From assembly GCA_964016885.1 (NCBI GenBank), contig OZ024745.1, positions 43,152,001-43,216,000 on the forward strand: a stretch of 64,000 bases of DNA. The letters are read 5' to 3'. Of the stretch, positions 11,552 through 25,515 are shown piece after piece. Both the position numbers and the translations under genes were made by a program. This stretch comes from Eledone cirrhosa. Taxonomy: Eukaryota. Position 1 is the stretch's first letter. Each line of letters opens with the position of its first letter. The notes beneath the pieces are model-generated. The model saw only the letters and a program-made list of their open reading frames with translations, did no database searches and was not told where the DNA came from.

Positions 11552-12359
11552 ATAAGTATATATTAACTGTGAGATGCGGCCCATATACTTTAGTCTTGTG
11601 TATATTCACCGGTTTTATGAATCTACTCAAAGTGACTAGTCATCACTCCTCTTCAAGGCCACTTCACTACTCAACACTTATTCCCTTCCACCCTTTCTGA
11701 ATGATGACTTTCTCAGTAATAAACATGTAGCTACCATTGTTCATCATCCTCAGTGCCACTTCTGTCAAACATTAATCTCCTCTATAATTGCCTCTCTCTG
11801 CCCTGTTGAGGGCACATCGATCACCTTAATGTTAGTGCCATGATAAAATGAGCGATGAGGCATGGGAGACAACTCTGAATGTTTCGTTTGTGTCTTGACC
11901 TTGTTAGAGAAGCATATTCTTCACCATACTAATCAAATTAGTGAAATAAAATTGGACATTTGTTGATGTAGGAAAATAGAACTATCTAGAGAATAATCGT
12001 TTCATTACTTGTTTTTCAATTAATTTTGTAAATAATGAACAATTTAAATGGATTTAGTGAAATAACTTACTATTAAGCTGATTTAAAGATATTTTTCTAT
12101 TGCTTTTTTTTAAATTTAAATATATAATTGTTTCAAGAAAGCGGTTTTTCACAATAAAATTGGGGCAGTTTTGGGTGGCTTGGTATCAAAAGGGTTAAAT
12201 GATTCAGGGACACCACCTGGAAGTTAGTTATTGTTAAAATATGTAATGCATTGACTATTAAAAAGCTAACTATATATAAATATGTTTGTGGTGAAAGAAA
12301 ATGATATCAGTCAATAGTTCATTTTCAGTTATTTAGTTATAATATACATTGTATTACAT

Positions 12360-12960
12360 ATCATCATCATCATTTTACGTCCATTCTTCCATGTTAGCAT
12401 GGGTTAGACGGTTGTCCTGTTGTGGGCAATGCCAGGTCGGGTGGCCATGTTTTACCCATACAGGAACTGATTTTGGCTCAATTTCTATAGCTTCCTAACA
12501 CCAACCTCAGTGAGTACTGGGTGCTTTTTTACTGTGGTGTCTACACGACCACTACAGTATGGACTGGGTGCTTTTTTGTTGTGTCACCTCCACGACCACT
12601 TTGCAGTGGGAGGGGGTGGGGGCATACTGTCTATATGCTTCAGCTTTGGCTTGCACCCATGGGAAGTCGGGTCTTCTGTATTACTGCAAAACGTCAAAGG
12701 TCTTGGTCCTGTGTCATCACCTTTGAGAGGTGCAGTTGGGCAAGGTCAGCTTTTATCACCTCATCCCAGGTCTACTTGGGTCTCCACGGCTTCCATTGAC
12801 TTTTAGTGCTTTTTATGCAACTGTCATCCTTCATATGCATCACATGCCCATACCAACGCAACCTCCTCTCCTGCACACAGCGTTTGATTCTTCTTATGCT
12901 CAGTCTCTCTCTCAATTCGTTTATGCTTTGCCGTTCGCGTATATTACAGCATGCAAGCTT
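12360..12960 (-). mobile_element. RTE 3' fragment with 3' UTR and (GAT)n tail
   Basis: Minus strand reads [25 protein letters not shown] tail on the plus strand at 12360. Confidence 0.7.
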
Positions 12961-13317
12961 CGTTTCTTTCTAATCTGGAAAAACAAAAAAAAGGGAAGGA
13001 TTAGATTTTTTAACCACTTGAAACTGTCCCTGGTTCTACAATACTAAACTGCTTGTGTTAAAATAGTTATATTTATCTAAAACCTTCCACTATAATTTTA
13101 TGTAAGGAACATTGTTCTGTTCCAAACACTAGTTTGGTAATGAGAAAGTGATAATACTAAATCCTTCCAAACCCTTGAATATTTTCAAAATTGTTTGAAA
13201 GTAATAGGCAGGGTCTTTCAATAGAAATATTGTAATGAAAGAGTTAAGTGCTTTCTGGAATAAAAATTTAAAATGTAGAATTGGTGTAATTGAAGTTAGT
13301 TTATATTTTATCATCAG

Positions 13318-13765
13318 CATCATTGTTTTATACCCTTCTTTCCATTCTTGCGTGGATTGGATGGGTCTTCCCCAGCACAGCCTCCATCCACTTGCTGCAT
13401 TTCTTTGGCATCTCCTCTGCGATATTCAGTGATTTGAGATCAGCTTTTACCATTTCATCCCAGGCTTTACTGGGTCTTCCTCTTCTGCAGCCTCCTTCCA
13501 CTGGGATCACTCTTCATTTCTTTATCCAATGATCATCCATATGCATTATCATCAGTTGCAATCTTCTCTCTTGATTCATCTCTGTACATAGCTTGCACTG
13601 CTCTCACAAGCCACTCATCTACACACAGTTTCTGTAAGAATCACCAGATAGCAGATTGTGTTACTCTATCAAAGGCCTTATCCAGATCAACAAAAGCCAG
13701 GCATAGTGGCCTATACCTAGCTATGAACGTCTCTTGCAGTTGTCTCACTATGAAGAAGGCACCTA
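13318..13765 (-). mobile_element. Degraded RTE fragments
   Basis: PVEGGCRRGRPSKAWDE, and VRQLQET..LAFVDLDKAFDRV on the minus strand. Confidence 0.7.
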
Positions 13766-14144
13766 GCTCCAGCAACATTGCTTATCTGTAGCTTGCAGCA
13801 GGTTATATAGAAACATTCAATTGTCCTGTTATATATATATCTATATTCTCCTCCTGCTTCTCATATAGTTTTTTTAAACCTATATTTAAGAGGATGGTAA
13901 TTTAGTTTTCATAACCTTCTTTTCCTGGCTGAGGACGGGGTCAGTGAGGGGTAGGGTATAGGGATTAATTGTTATGTAGCTGTTTTATTTTCTTACTTAG
14001 CAATTCTTTCTGCATAACCATATTGTTAAATATATAGCACAACAGTTATTTCTAAACAACTATGTTGTTAAATAAAATTGGAGAATAAAATATATTTTGT
14101 CTTTTCCAGTTATTGTTTGCTATTCAAATATTCTTTTTCATCAG

Positions 14145-14232
14145 ATCAAACTCTGATCCTGCCACCAGTGACAAAAACCTGAAGAAGAAGCTAGATGAAA
14201 ACCGTAAAATTGCCAAGTTGAAGCTGGATGAT
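14145..14232 (+). CDS. DAXX: DAXX exon
   Basis: SNSDPATSDKNLKKKLDENRKIAKLKLDD matches human DPALSDPVLARRLRENRSLAMSRLDE. Borders TTCATCAG| and |GTAATT. Confidence 0.92.
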
Positions 14233-14350
14233 GTAATTATTATTTTTTACTTATTTTCATTGTTATTCCTTCTAAAGAACAATTCTCTGTTGATAATTCC
14301 CCTCTTTTTTAATATAAAATTTTTTAACATTAAAGGTCTTCATTATTCAT

Positions 14351-14520
14351 GCGGTGAATTGGCAGTATCGGTAGAGGGTTGGACGCCATGTTTTCTAGCA
14401 TAGCTACGTCCCTTTACAGTCTGAGTTCAAATCCTGCCTTTCATCCTTACGGGGTCGATAAAATAAAGTACCAGTAATGTACTGGGTAATTGCTGGCCTT
14501 GTGCCTAAAGTAGAAACAAT
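14351..14520 (+). mobile_element. tRNA-derived SINE, second family (conserved GCCTTTCATCC..GGGGTCGATAAAATAAAGTACCAG domain)
   Basis: B box GAGTTCAAATCC and flanking direct repeat ATTATTCATG. Roughly 15-20 full or partial copies in the window, for example near 9200, 23520, 25990, 26170, 31270, 35240, 35530, 47150, 49110, 50610, 50910, 51910, 56320, 59415 and 60480. Confidence 0.8.
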
Positions 14521-15074
14521 TATTCATGATTACATAGATGTGATCCTTATCATTATCATCATCATTTGATGTTCACTTTCTATGCCGGCATTGATTGGTT
14601 GGGTCATCATGGTTTGATAACCATGTCTTATTCATATGGTCATATTTTGGCATGGTTTCTACAACTCGATGCCCTTCTTAATGACAACCAGTTCAGAGTG
14701 TACTAGGTGCATTTTATTGTCGTACTATCACTTTGCAGTGTGCACTGGGTACATTTTATTGTGTTACCTGCACTAGAATGGTTGTTAGGTCCTTGAAAAG
14801 ATCAAAGGGTCCTCTCAGCACTATGGTGACTTGGTTTGTCAGCCAATCCTGTCCATTGCAGGCTAAATGGGGACATCTCCACTCCATGCAATCTCTGATG
14901 TCTTATCACATTTACATTTTCAGTGTAGGAAAATTGCTGAGTACTCTTTCTGATATTTAATTTGAGAAGTTTTTTCTACAACTGTATTAACCATTTTAAA
15001 AACGAATCCATCATACTGAAGTATATTTATATTTAAAATATAGTCGTATTAGGAAATGCAATTTGGAAGATATA

Positions 15075-15620
15075 TGCTAAATTAAGTACAAGAATTGCAG
15101 GAGCTGATGCAATAATGTGGCAGCTTCAGCACTCGGTTGTGAGAAAGGTGGTAGGTGTGGCCAAACTTACTATCTTCAATTTGGTATTTATGCCACCCTT
15201 ACCTATGGTCAAGAATCTTGGGTAATGACCGAAAGAATATGATCGTGAATACAAGTGGCCGAAATGGGGTTTCTCCATAGAGTATTTGGAGTAATATTAC
15301 TTGATAGTGTACGTAGCTCAGAGATCAGGGAGTAATTCCTGGTAGATCCGCTACTTCTCTGAATTGAGAAATCACAATTCCAATACTACAGACATGGTTA
15401 GAATGTCTCAGGACAGATTTTATAGGCAAAACCAATTGGCAGGAGACCTAGGTGTAGATCTTGAGAAAGATGGTTGGATAGCATCCACAAGTTTGGCTTG
15501 TCTCGCTTGGGGATCCAACTGGATCAATTGGAGACAGTTGTTTCTGACAGAACCTACTGGAAGGCATGCTTGAGGACTCTGCCCCCACGACCCTCTCAGA
15601 AATAAGTGGGCAAAAATGAT
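15075..15620 (+). mobile_element. Expander/Rex3-like RTE 3' fragment
   Basis: Decayed PTLTYGQESWVMTERI*SRIQVAEMGFLHRV..VRSSEIRE..DPLLLRIE signature. A homologous inverted copy is at 24755-25515. Confidence 0.65.
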
Positions 15621-15819
15621 GATCTATATGACTCAGTATCCCTTGCAACCTTATAAAACCAAATAAGAAAAATAGATGTCTATTCTATTGTAACCTAAGC
15701 AAGATTTTAATGTACACTGTATGTACATATTACATACACTTCATTGATAAACAATTCCCTTATACAAAGCTGTTGTCAGTAAAATGAGAAAGGGCAATGA
15801 GTTTTAATGAAGAATTCAG

Positions 15820-16760
15820 GCCATGCCTGTTTCCTATAGTTCTCAAAGCCATTACAGAGGAGTTTAAGACCAGCTATCCATGGGAACTCCTACATGATGA
15901 TGACCTAGTACTTATAGTTGAATTCATGGAAGATTTATAAAAGAAATTCCAAACATGGAATCAAAACTAAGAATTGAACAGTCTCGGAGTAAACTTAGCA
16001 AACACTTTTCTTAGTAAGTAGGAAGAATACCGGATCATGCTACCATCAGGTAACTGACTCTGCTCAATTTGCAGAAAAGGAGTTAATAGAAACTTCATAT
16101 AGTGCACCTAGTGTAAAGTTTGGATGCAATGAGATGTAGTGGGTTTATAGGTAGGCTAACAGAGAAGCGTGTGGCAGTTCGTAGAAAGAGTACCAGTTTT
16201 AATCTTTCCAATCCAAGGGAGGCTCCAGAAAAGTAGTTGATAGCTTCTGTTACCTCGGTGACCTCATTAGCAGTGGAGGAGAGTGCCCCGAAAGCATATT
16301 AACTAAAATATGAACCAGTTGAAAAAAGTTCAGGGTGCTACTACTTCTGTTAGCAGCAAAGGTATTCTCTCTGAGCAAATGGTGATTAGATGATGCCTGT
16401 AGATGTGTGTATTGAATGCAAAGGATGTGTAAAGGTTAGAAAGAAATGGAGTTAGCATGCTCCACTGGATGTCTAGTGCTACCTGTGTTTCATCATTCAT
16501 GGACACTGAGTTAAAGGAAAAACTGAGCATAAGAGGAATTGGATGTAGTGTGCAAGAGAAAAGATTACGCTGGTATGGACATGTGAAGAAGTTCCAGAAG
16601 CTTCAAGTAGGGGTTTGCAGAAAATGATGAGCTGGACAGAAGTGGTGAGAGCTGCTATCAAAATACTGAACTGAGATGATGAAAAAATGTGAAAAGAAGC
16701 CATGCAGAAGACTCACCCAGCCCATGCAAGCATGGAAAACAGATGTTAAAAATGATGATA
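15820..16760 (+). mobile_element. Old RTE RT/3' fragment
   Basis: [31 protein letters not shown], and a tail CATGCAAGCATGGAAAACAGATGTTAAAAATGATGAT. Confidence 0.75.
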
Positions 16761-17068
16761 ATTGTAATATTTGAGGAAGATATGGCTGCTACTTTTTGCA
16801 GGTCAAGTGAACTCACTGAGGCTTCTTCATTGGCTCTTTTGGCCGAGTTCCTCTTCTTATTTTAGCTATTATGTTTTCAGAAAACCCACTACTGTTAATT
16901 AGGTCATCTTGATAATATAAGCTAACTACTTTTATGGATTTGAAAGAATTTATTTCATGATTGCTCTTACTGCTAATTACTCTTGTGTTACATACAAAGT
17001 ATTTATTCTGTCAACTTACCTGTGATCCCTCTACATCTCTTGAGCATCAATAGTTTATATTTGTTATA

Positions 17069-17372
17069 TTTGCAATAGAAAGGTTGTGAGTTCAATTCTC
17101 AGACCGGGTGATGTGTTGTTTCCTTGAGCAAGACACTTTATTTCACATTGCTCTAGTTTACTCAGCTGTAGAAATGAGATGATAGGGACTGGGGTCCATA
17201 TCATTCCACTGCAAAGTGGTCGTGGAGGTGCCACGACAAAAAAGCACCCAGCACTCACTGTAAATGAGGTTGGTGTTAGAAGGGCATCCAGCTGTAGAAA
17301 TCAAGCCAGAATCAGTTCCTGTCCCACCCTTGCAAGCAGGGAAAAAGTGGACGTAAAATGATGATGATGATA
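17069..17372 (+). mobile_element. CORE-like SINE with RTE tail (5'-truncated copy)
   Basis: Reverse-complement match to 2024-2350 and 52300-52720. Confidence 0.8.
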
Positions 17373-17956
17373 CAGTATAGAGTTCCTCTCCACTCTTTTT
17401 CAGCATATTGAGCATGGTCACTTCCAAGATGGTAAAAGAGTTGTTTTTTTTTTTCTTTTTTTTTTTACCTGTTAACTTTTGTCTTTTCTAAGGCCTTTCG
17501 AGCCTAAGTTTTGCTTCTATGTTTGGAATCTCTTTTCTAATTTTTTAACAGATTCAGTCAGGAGTGCCAATTCATTAGGATATGGAAGTTTCTGTGGACA
17601 GCTAGTTTTAAATTCCTCTGTTAGGATCTGTAATAAACAGAAAAGGCTAAGAACTGTGCTCTTATAGATACCTACATTAAACTCTTTGTTGAAAGCATCT
17701 GTATATGGCTTGCATGACTCTCAAAAGCCATTTATCTGGACATAGTGTGGTATCCTGTCAAAGGCCTTTTCCGGGTTAATGAATACTTAATGCAATGGCT
17801 TGCTATTAACTAAGAACCTCTTTATCATCTTTCTATATATTGTTTAGTTTTTGCATATTCAGGCATATAATGAATTGTTGAAGTATGTTATATTTTTTTT
17901 TCTGCATATTTGTAGAGAATTAACAGTTAATGTAAGCCTATTCTTTACTGTTTTAG

Positions 17957-18086
17957 GTTATTTCAAAATATGCTCAGAAACAATTTGAAACCAATGCTCA
18001 ACCTGAAGAAGTTGATGAAAATGCTTTAGAAAGTTCATCTGATGAGGAAGAGGAAGAAGTACAAGAAATTCCAGAATTGGATGAAG
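17957..18086 (+). CDS. DAXX: DAXX exon (end of histone-binding domain, start of acidic region)
   Basis: VISKYAQKQ matches human VISKYAMLQ, followed by ESSSDEEEEE. Borders TTTTAG| and G|GTGCAT. Confidence 0.92.
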
Positions 18087-19595
18087 GTGCATATAGACAA
18101 TTTAAATTAAAATAAGACCGTATATTTGTCTATGAGTCTAATTTTTTTTATATCATGTATTTATGTATGCCAAATTTTCTGATTTTTTTATGAACTGATA
18201 ATGTAAATAATTTTTTACAAAGGATGTATGATTTACATTTGGAGCAAAAATAAAAATAAAATTAAACTATAGAGAAGCTATTTTGATAGTTTACTCTTCT
18301 AACAACAAAATGTTATAAGATTGACATAATCTCTATGAGATAACTAGTGTTATAATCTGGACAATTGATTTAAATAAAATATTTTTTCGTTTGGAGAATT
18401 ACTTCTTAAAATCATTACTGCAGTTTAGTTATAATTCTAAGTTGCCTTGCATATCATTATTAGGTGAGCAGTCTAGTTTTCAGTATCTTTTATTTGTTTT
18501 GCTTGTTAGCCTAAGAAGTCAGTCAAGAAATATATCTATGAGAAAGTCTTTGGTTGCTGGGCAAATTTATTCCTTGCTGACATTTTGTTTATCATCATTA
18601 TTTTTCCATGTTTGGATGGGTGTATTGTACCTTTTTTTTTTCATGTTGTGTGTGAACCCAGACATTCTTTAATCTGGCTTCCCCAACTACTCCTATGTGT
18701 TTCTTGGCATGCTTCAAATCATACATCAGCTCAAGTTATACATTATCACTTATCAGTGCTTCTTTATACACATGTAGACTGATGCAGTTAATATCTATTG
18801 TCTTTGTAAACTTGCTTCTACTCAGTTTCAAACTGGACATGTTCAATATGATAGTGAACACCTCTCCCGTCTCTATTAATCACTCAACTTCATACAATTG
18901 CCCTTATATGTACACAAAAAGAGAAACCTTTAGGTAAGAGTTGTCAGAAATCATATTTTCACTAGATCCATCTGCAGCACTGTTATCCAGCTAAACAAGA
19001 CATCTGAGAAAATAGGGAACTTTATGTATGAGTTTCTCTTTTTTTAATTACTTGATTACATCTCATACATTTGAAGTCAGTTTTCCTGTGAGTCTATATC
19101 AGAATATATAAGTTCCCAAGGACATCCAAACCTGCTCATGTATTACTGTGTAAAGGACTAATGAATTAAAAGTTGAGAACAGCATTGGTAAACATCCACC
19201 ACTACACAAAATTTCTTTAAAAACAATTTACTGCCAATCCTCATTCTGCTTATAAGTACCCTCTTACAGGGTGTGAACTACTCTTAAGAAGCCATTCATA
19301 TATACCTAACTTTCTTAGCATCTTCTACAGCAGATATTGTGATGTTCTGTTAAAGGTTGGTGAATGCAGATAGAATTATAAGAAACAATAATTTCTTTGT
19401 GATGAATACAATCATTTCTGTGTAAATGTTTGTTATAACCTGCCCCTCCCCCCCAACCCTCTAAAAGAAGCTCATAAATAGATATTTAAGTTGACCAGCA
19501 ACATGTTGGTCAGCTTAATTTATATCAGAGTTTTTGAACAATTCGCTTGTGTAGGACACGTGTGTAATAATACGTTTTTGGTTTGTTTTCTTCAG

Positions 19596-20407
19596 TAATG
19601 GCATTGGATGACGAGGAAGATGATGATGACATTACTCAGATTGAAACAGTTCAACCTTCAGGAAGCGTCAAATTACCAGTACCCTACACAAAAGACTTAA
19701 AAGTACAATTAGAGAAGTTGGTAATACCTACCAAATTTGAAAATACTAAAAATAATATTGCTGACAATTCTTTATCCACTAGAAGTAAAGCTCGTGCTGA
19801 CAAGGCAAAAAGCTCTACAGAGGTACTACCATTGTTACCTTTACACAGGATGGTCAAAGACAAGTCAGAAAATTCCTCAAATATCAAAAGAAAGGGCAAA
19901 GATTCGTGTGAAAAGATAGTTATTGATCTCGATGATTCTTCTGAATCTGAAGAAAATGGTGTAAGCCACGGCATTCCAAAGGAGAAAACAGAAACTTGTT
20001 CATCAGAATATAAAGAGCAATCTCTTGTACCAATAAGACCTCGATATGGGCTTGGTGCTGGAAATTCTAACACTTCATCTTTATCATCATCTACATCATC
20101 ATCATCAGGTAGAATGTTTGTTTCTTCTCAAAGCAATATGCAGGTTAGTATGCAAGTGAAAACTCAGGTCCAGCAACAACAAGATTATGATGGTATCTCA
20201 CTAAAAATTGCCTCTGTTGCTTCTTTAGCATATAGCATGAACAATCAGACTAATAACTCTGAATATTTTACCACACGGCAGACTAATTTTCAGAGTCAAA
20301 ATTTCCAAGTGACTTCAGGTAGTAGTAGTTATGGTGTTTCAAGGAGTCAGAAGTGGTCTGTTGCTCCTCAGTCTAAAGAAGTTATTGTATTGTCTGATTC
20401 TGACTGA
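19596..20407 (+). CDS. DAXX: DAXX last coding exon (disordered tail with C-terminal SUMO-interacting motif)
   Basis: Phase-1 acceptor TTCTTCAG. Ends EVIVLSDSD*, matching human EIIVLSDSD. Confidence 0.93.
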
Positions 20408-20488
20408 AATGTTTGTGTATATGCAAAAGCCAATCTACATGTTCACTTGACTGATGTATAAATATGGGATTTTTAAAAAAATAATTAC

Positions 20489-20494
20489 AATAAA
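20489..20494 (+). terminator. Candidate DAXX polyadenylation signal
   Basis: AATAAA about 80 nt after the stop codon. A second one is near 20538. Confidence 0.35.
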
Positions 20495-23400
20495 AGAAAT
20501 TTTAAAATACATTGAAATCAGTCCCATCTGCTTTTTCAATAAAATTATTGGTATGTGTAAACTATTAATTTGAATAATAATTCTGTTAGTTGTATTTCGT
20601 TTTCATATTCTTTTCAAAGTTAATTTAGCTAATTAAAACCTAACTATGAATAATATGTAGGACTTATTAATTTTCTCATCCATTTTATGTTGGGTAAACC
20701 TATTAATATGAAGTTAAAATATAATGAATAACCTATTTTTCTTGAAAGACCTTTATAATTTTAAGTCAGCTTTTATGCTTCCCCTTAAAATAATTATTTT
20801 TGAAAAATGCCACAAGAACAAATCTCTATCATTTTCAGTTAAAGCATATAAGAAATGAGCTATTTCTGATAATTATTATTAATACACCTTCCAAACTGAT
20901 TATAGTGTTTTTACAGTTAGAAATGGTTCGAATGAGAGCACAGCTATGGTTCTATTCTATAACAAACAAGTAAATTATATTTCTCCAAGAATCTTTCTAT
21001 TTGCTTTCTTCCACACATTTTCTTTGAGGAATGCTTTTTTTTAAAGACAAATGCTGGAGCTTTTGAAACCTTTTATGGCTCTATAGATAATTCACATTTT
21101 TCTATTACTTTTATTTTCAAACATCAATTTACATACATACACTGAAGGGTTTTCTTCAATTACTAATTTAAATAAATCCTAAAAATGCCTTTAAAATATC
21201 TAAGATATTGAGAAATGTTTGTGTTTTAAAATTTTATTAAATGTTTATAAGATTGGTTAAAGATACTCTTATTTAAGTAGAGATATTTTAACAGGTTTTG
21301 TCATGGTGTGGTGGCACAACAGCTAGTGCTTACTTTTGAGATAGATTTTACAGCTGAACAAGATGACTAAAAACATTAGTGTGCTTTATTTCCTTTGGAC
21401 TATGGGTTTAGACTTCCTCCAAAATAAGTAAACACATAAAACAGCTGTAGTTCAAGAAGCTAAATTGTTAGTCATATATTTCTTAATATTAGAGACAAAA
21501 TTTTACTTGGATTTTTTTTTTCTAAGGTGTTGAATATTATTGGTTAAGAAATGTAAATATATTGCTTCTTGACTATAGATTATAAGGGGTCGTAAAATAA
21601 GTACCAGTAATTTATTATTAATCTGTTCAAGTAACTGTTTCTCAATTGGCCTGTGCTTAAAAGAAAAATTATTATTACTAAGTTTAAGATACAACTCTTA
21701 AGAATTCTCCCATGCCATCAAGTTTATTGAAAACTTACATGATTTTAAGCTGTCATTTTCAGTAAATAAATTCTAATTTACTTACCACATGAAATAGTTT
21801 TTTCCTCAGTTTAACTCTCAATGTCCTGTACCACATTAGTAAAATTGAAATAAACTACTTTGACTGCATCATCAAACAAATTTCACAATCTGTCCATTAG
21901 TAAATACACTATAAACATTTTAAATATTTTCAGCTAACTCATTACAGGATGTTAAGAGTTAAAGATTAAAACAAAAACACGGAAAAATACAGTTTTCTAT
22001 TAAAATTATTCATTTGTAATTGTTTACAGTTCGATCTCCAGTGATCAACATTTTGACTATTGACTAGAAAATGTTCAGCTTACAAAAGTTTCTATTTTCC
22101 ATCAAAATCTATTTGTATTTTCTCAAAATATATTTATGCATTGCTCTTATACAAAATAAATTATCATTCCTTCATTATTTGAGATTTTTTTCTCTTTGCA
22201 TTTTAATGATACCCATTATTAATTTTTTGAGATATCCATTAAAATATATAGATCAAAGTAATATTCCAATTTGGTTTTGTAGTTTAATTATTAATCAGTT
22301 TGCTATTCAGGTATATATTGCTTATCATTTAACGTCCATTTTCCATGCTAGCATGGGTTTGCCCCATTTCAGGCAAGTTAGGACCGTGTCTTGCTCATAT
22401 AGAACTGTTTTGGGCTGGATGCCCTTCCTAATGCCAACCGCATTTACGGTAACCTGGGTCTTTTTGTCATGACTCCCACATGACCACTTTACAGTGTGGG
22501 TTAGGTGCTTTTGTTGTGACACCTACACAACTACTTTACAGTGTGGGCTGGATGTTTTTGTGACACGAACATAACTTTACAGTGTAAGGGTGGTGTGGAC
22601 AAAAGTGGGAGGGGGTATAGTGGATTAAGAGGTGCCTACTGGGTATAAGTTTAAGTCTGTGTGGAAGGGATGGCAGGTCTTCTGTATTGTTGCATATTAT
22701 GTGAATGAAAATATCTTTTCCTCAAATATTTAGCTTTGGCAATCTTGATTTATGTAGGAAATAGTTTCTATCTCTCTAGTGAAATTTAAAAAAAAAAGAG
22801 GAAAGACCAATATATATATTTTTCCATGAAAAGTCAATTACAAACATTTTCTTTAAATTTTTCAAAGGTATCATAAATAGCATGAATAAAATTATTTCTT
22901 CATTCTTTAAATGAACTCCCTGTAAGAGACATATATTGAAGCCTTTTAATGTTGAACTGCCCCTAGTTCTATGATATAAAGCTATTTATTTTAAAGTGTT
23001 TGTATTTATCTAAAAAAAAAAAACTTCATAATTTCATGTAGTAACCTTTAAATTATGTTTCAAACATCAGTTATTTTACTAATTTTTTTATTATTTTCAA
23101 AGAAGGTCAAAATCATAGGCAGTGTTTTTCATTAGAAATATGGTAATGAAAGGATTAATCTGGTTAAAATTTAGTATATTTTTTTTTTTCAATATGAAAA
23201 AGTATTTCAACATTGAACCTTAAGAAATACTGATTCCAAACAGAAGGCACTATTTTTATTGAGATGAAAAGTGGAATTCTTTGATGTCTATGCACTTAAA
23301 TCAAAGTTGCTTTTCAGACTTGGCTATTTTAAAGATTCTTTTTTTTTACCTGCAACTCCTGATGGAGTCGTAGGGGCACTGTAGTGATATACAGTGTTTC

Positions 23401-24754
23401 TTGGGCATTTTGAACCTGGTGGGGCCCATCCCCTCTCCAGGTCTGAACATGAACACAACTGATTTCTTCCAAAGAAGGATAGAGAATGATAGACATAAAG
23501 ATAAAGAATCAAACCCAGTACTGGACTGGTACTTTTTTTTAATTAACCTCAAAAGGACGAAAGGCAAAGTTGACCTCAGAGCACTGGAATGAATACTACA
23601 GAGTATTCTATCCGATGTTCTAACAACTTTGCCAATTCACTTCCTGTACTTTTAGGGTTTACAAAACCCATAAATTCTTGAGCATTGTATCTCACTCCTA
23701 TATAAACAAAATTACTGGTTTTTTATTTAGGCAAAAGGATAATATTTTTCAGGGGACTGAATTGATATCAGTATACTAGTACTTTGTTTTTATGGGTCTT
23801 AGCAGGATTATCTCTACTATTTCTGCCTTCTTATACAGCCAACAATATATATCTTTTAACTATATCATATTGGTAATGAATTTTAACCGATAGATTTATT
23901 TTCTATTGTAACACTATTTTCTGCATTAATCAGACCAATGTCCAGGTTCTAATCACCCTCAGTAGATTTTTGTATGTGATTGCTATAAAATATAAAAGTT
24001 ATCAGTTTTGTACATCTGTGAAATTTATGTTTACTTCAATATTTAATCATTTTTAATTTGTAAAGTGGTTGCAGTTAGGAAGGGCATCCAGCCATAGAAC
24101 CCATTTCAAAGAAAGGATTGGGAGGACTTTTCTGTTCTGTCAAACACACAACAACCTTCTTAGTGTTGGTGCCATGCACTGTATGTATTCTATAAAGTGG
24201 TTGGTGATGAGAAGGGTATCCGGCTGTAGAAACCATAATGTAAATGAGATATGGCACGTACACCATCTGGGAAGACATTAGCTCTGATTAAGTAAATTTG
24301 GTCTGTGATCATCTATCCTACCAAAGCCAGCATCGAAAATGAATGTTAAATGATGATCATGGTGACAGCAATTAAGTAATGTTGGACTAAAGAGATTATA
24401 TAGATGGTCAGTTTTAATTTCTGATTGTTGCATCAGTGGTGATGTATGTTAATTCAACCACTGAAACTCTCTTTAAAAGATACAATCATTTAAAAATCTG
24501 TTTCTACAATGGCTTCATTAATACTAGCAATATCTACATTTCTATGGGTCTAATTTGCCTATAAAATATTGTATTTTGCAGCTTATGAGGTATATAATAT
24601 CCCCTATGAAATGTCTTTAAGAAGCATTCCATATCCCATAAGCTGAAAGTCAGTAATAAGTATTATAAGGGGTTCAGCAGGTGAACACTAGGACTATCAT
24701 ATGTTTTAACTTACCCACAAATCAAACCTAACCTTATTTCTTTACCCACTTATT

Positions 24755-25515
24755 CCAGAGAGCGTCGTGGGGGCAGAGTCTACAAGGATGCCTTCTAGTA
24801 GGTTCCGTCAGAAGCAAGTGTCCCTAATTGATCAGGCTGGATTCCCAAGCAAGACAAGCCGAGTTGATGGATGTTATACAACCATCTAGCTCGGTCTACT
24901 CCTGGGCCTCCAGCTGGTTGGTTTTGCCAGTAAAATCTGTCCAGCAATTTCTTTTTTGTTGAGACATTCTTATGGCATGTCCATAGTATTGGAGCTGTGG
25001 TCTCTCAATTCAGAGAAGTAGTGGCCCTTCCTGGAGTGACTCTCTCATCTCTGTGCTACACATTATCAAATAACGTTACTATGAAGACCCTTCAAAGGAT
25101 TCTAATTTTGGCCGCTTGTATTTGCAATTATATTCTTTTGGTTATTACCCAAGATTCATGACTGTGGGTAAGGGTTGGCATTTATACCAAATTGAAGATA
25201 GCGAGTTTGGTTTTTACACCTACTTCTGTTTTTCTGATTACCAAATGCTGAAGCTACCACATTACTGCACCAGCTCCTGCAATTCTTGCACTTAATTCAG
25301 CCTCTTGCCTTCTATCACTCATGTACATGGCTGTGAGATACTTGAACTTCTTTGTTTCCTTCAGCGGAACTCCACTCACATGTAGAGTGCACTATTCATA
25401 CTTCCTCGAGAAGATGAGTGTCTCAGTCTTTGCAGCACTGATTTTCATTCCAGCTGTGCAGCCCACAGCAGCAAGCCTATCAAGTGCATGTCAGAGATCA
25501 CCTGATGAGTTAATT
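24755..25515 (-). mobile_element. Expander/Rex3-like RTE fragment
   Basis: Reverse-complement homology to 15075-15620, plus KKFKYL and DEIVL-like RT remnants. Confidence 0.65.
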
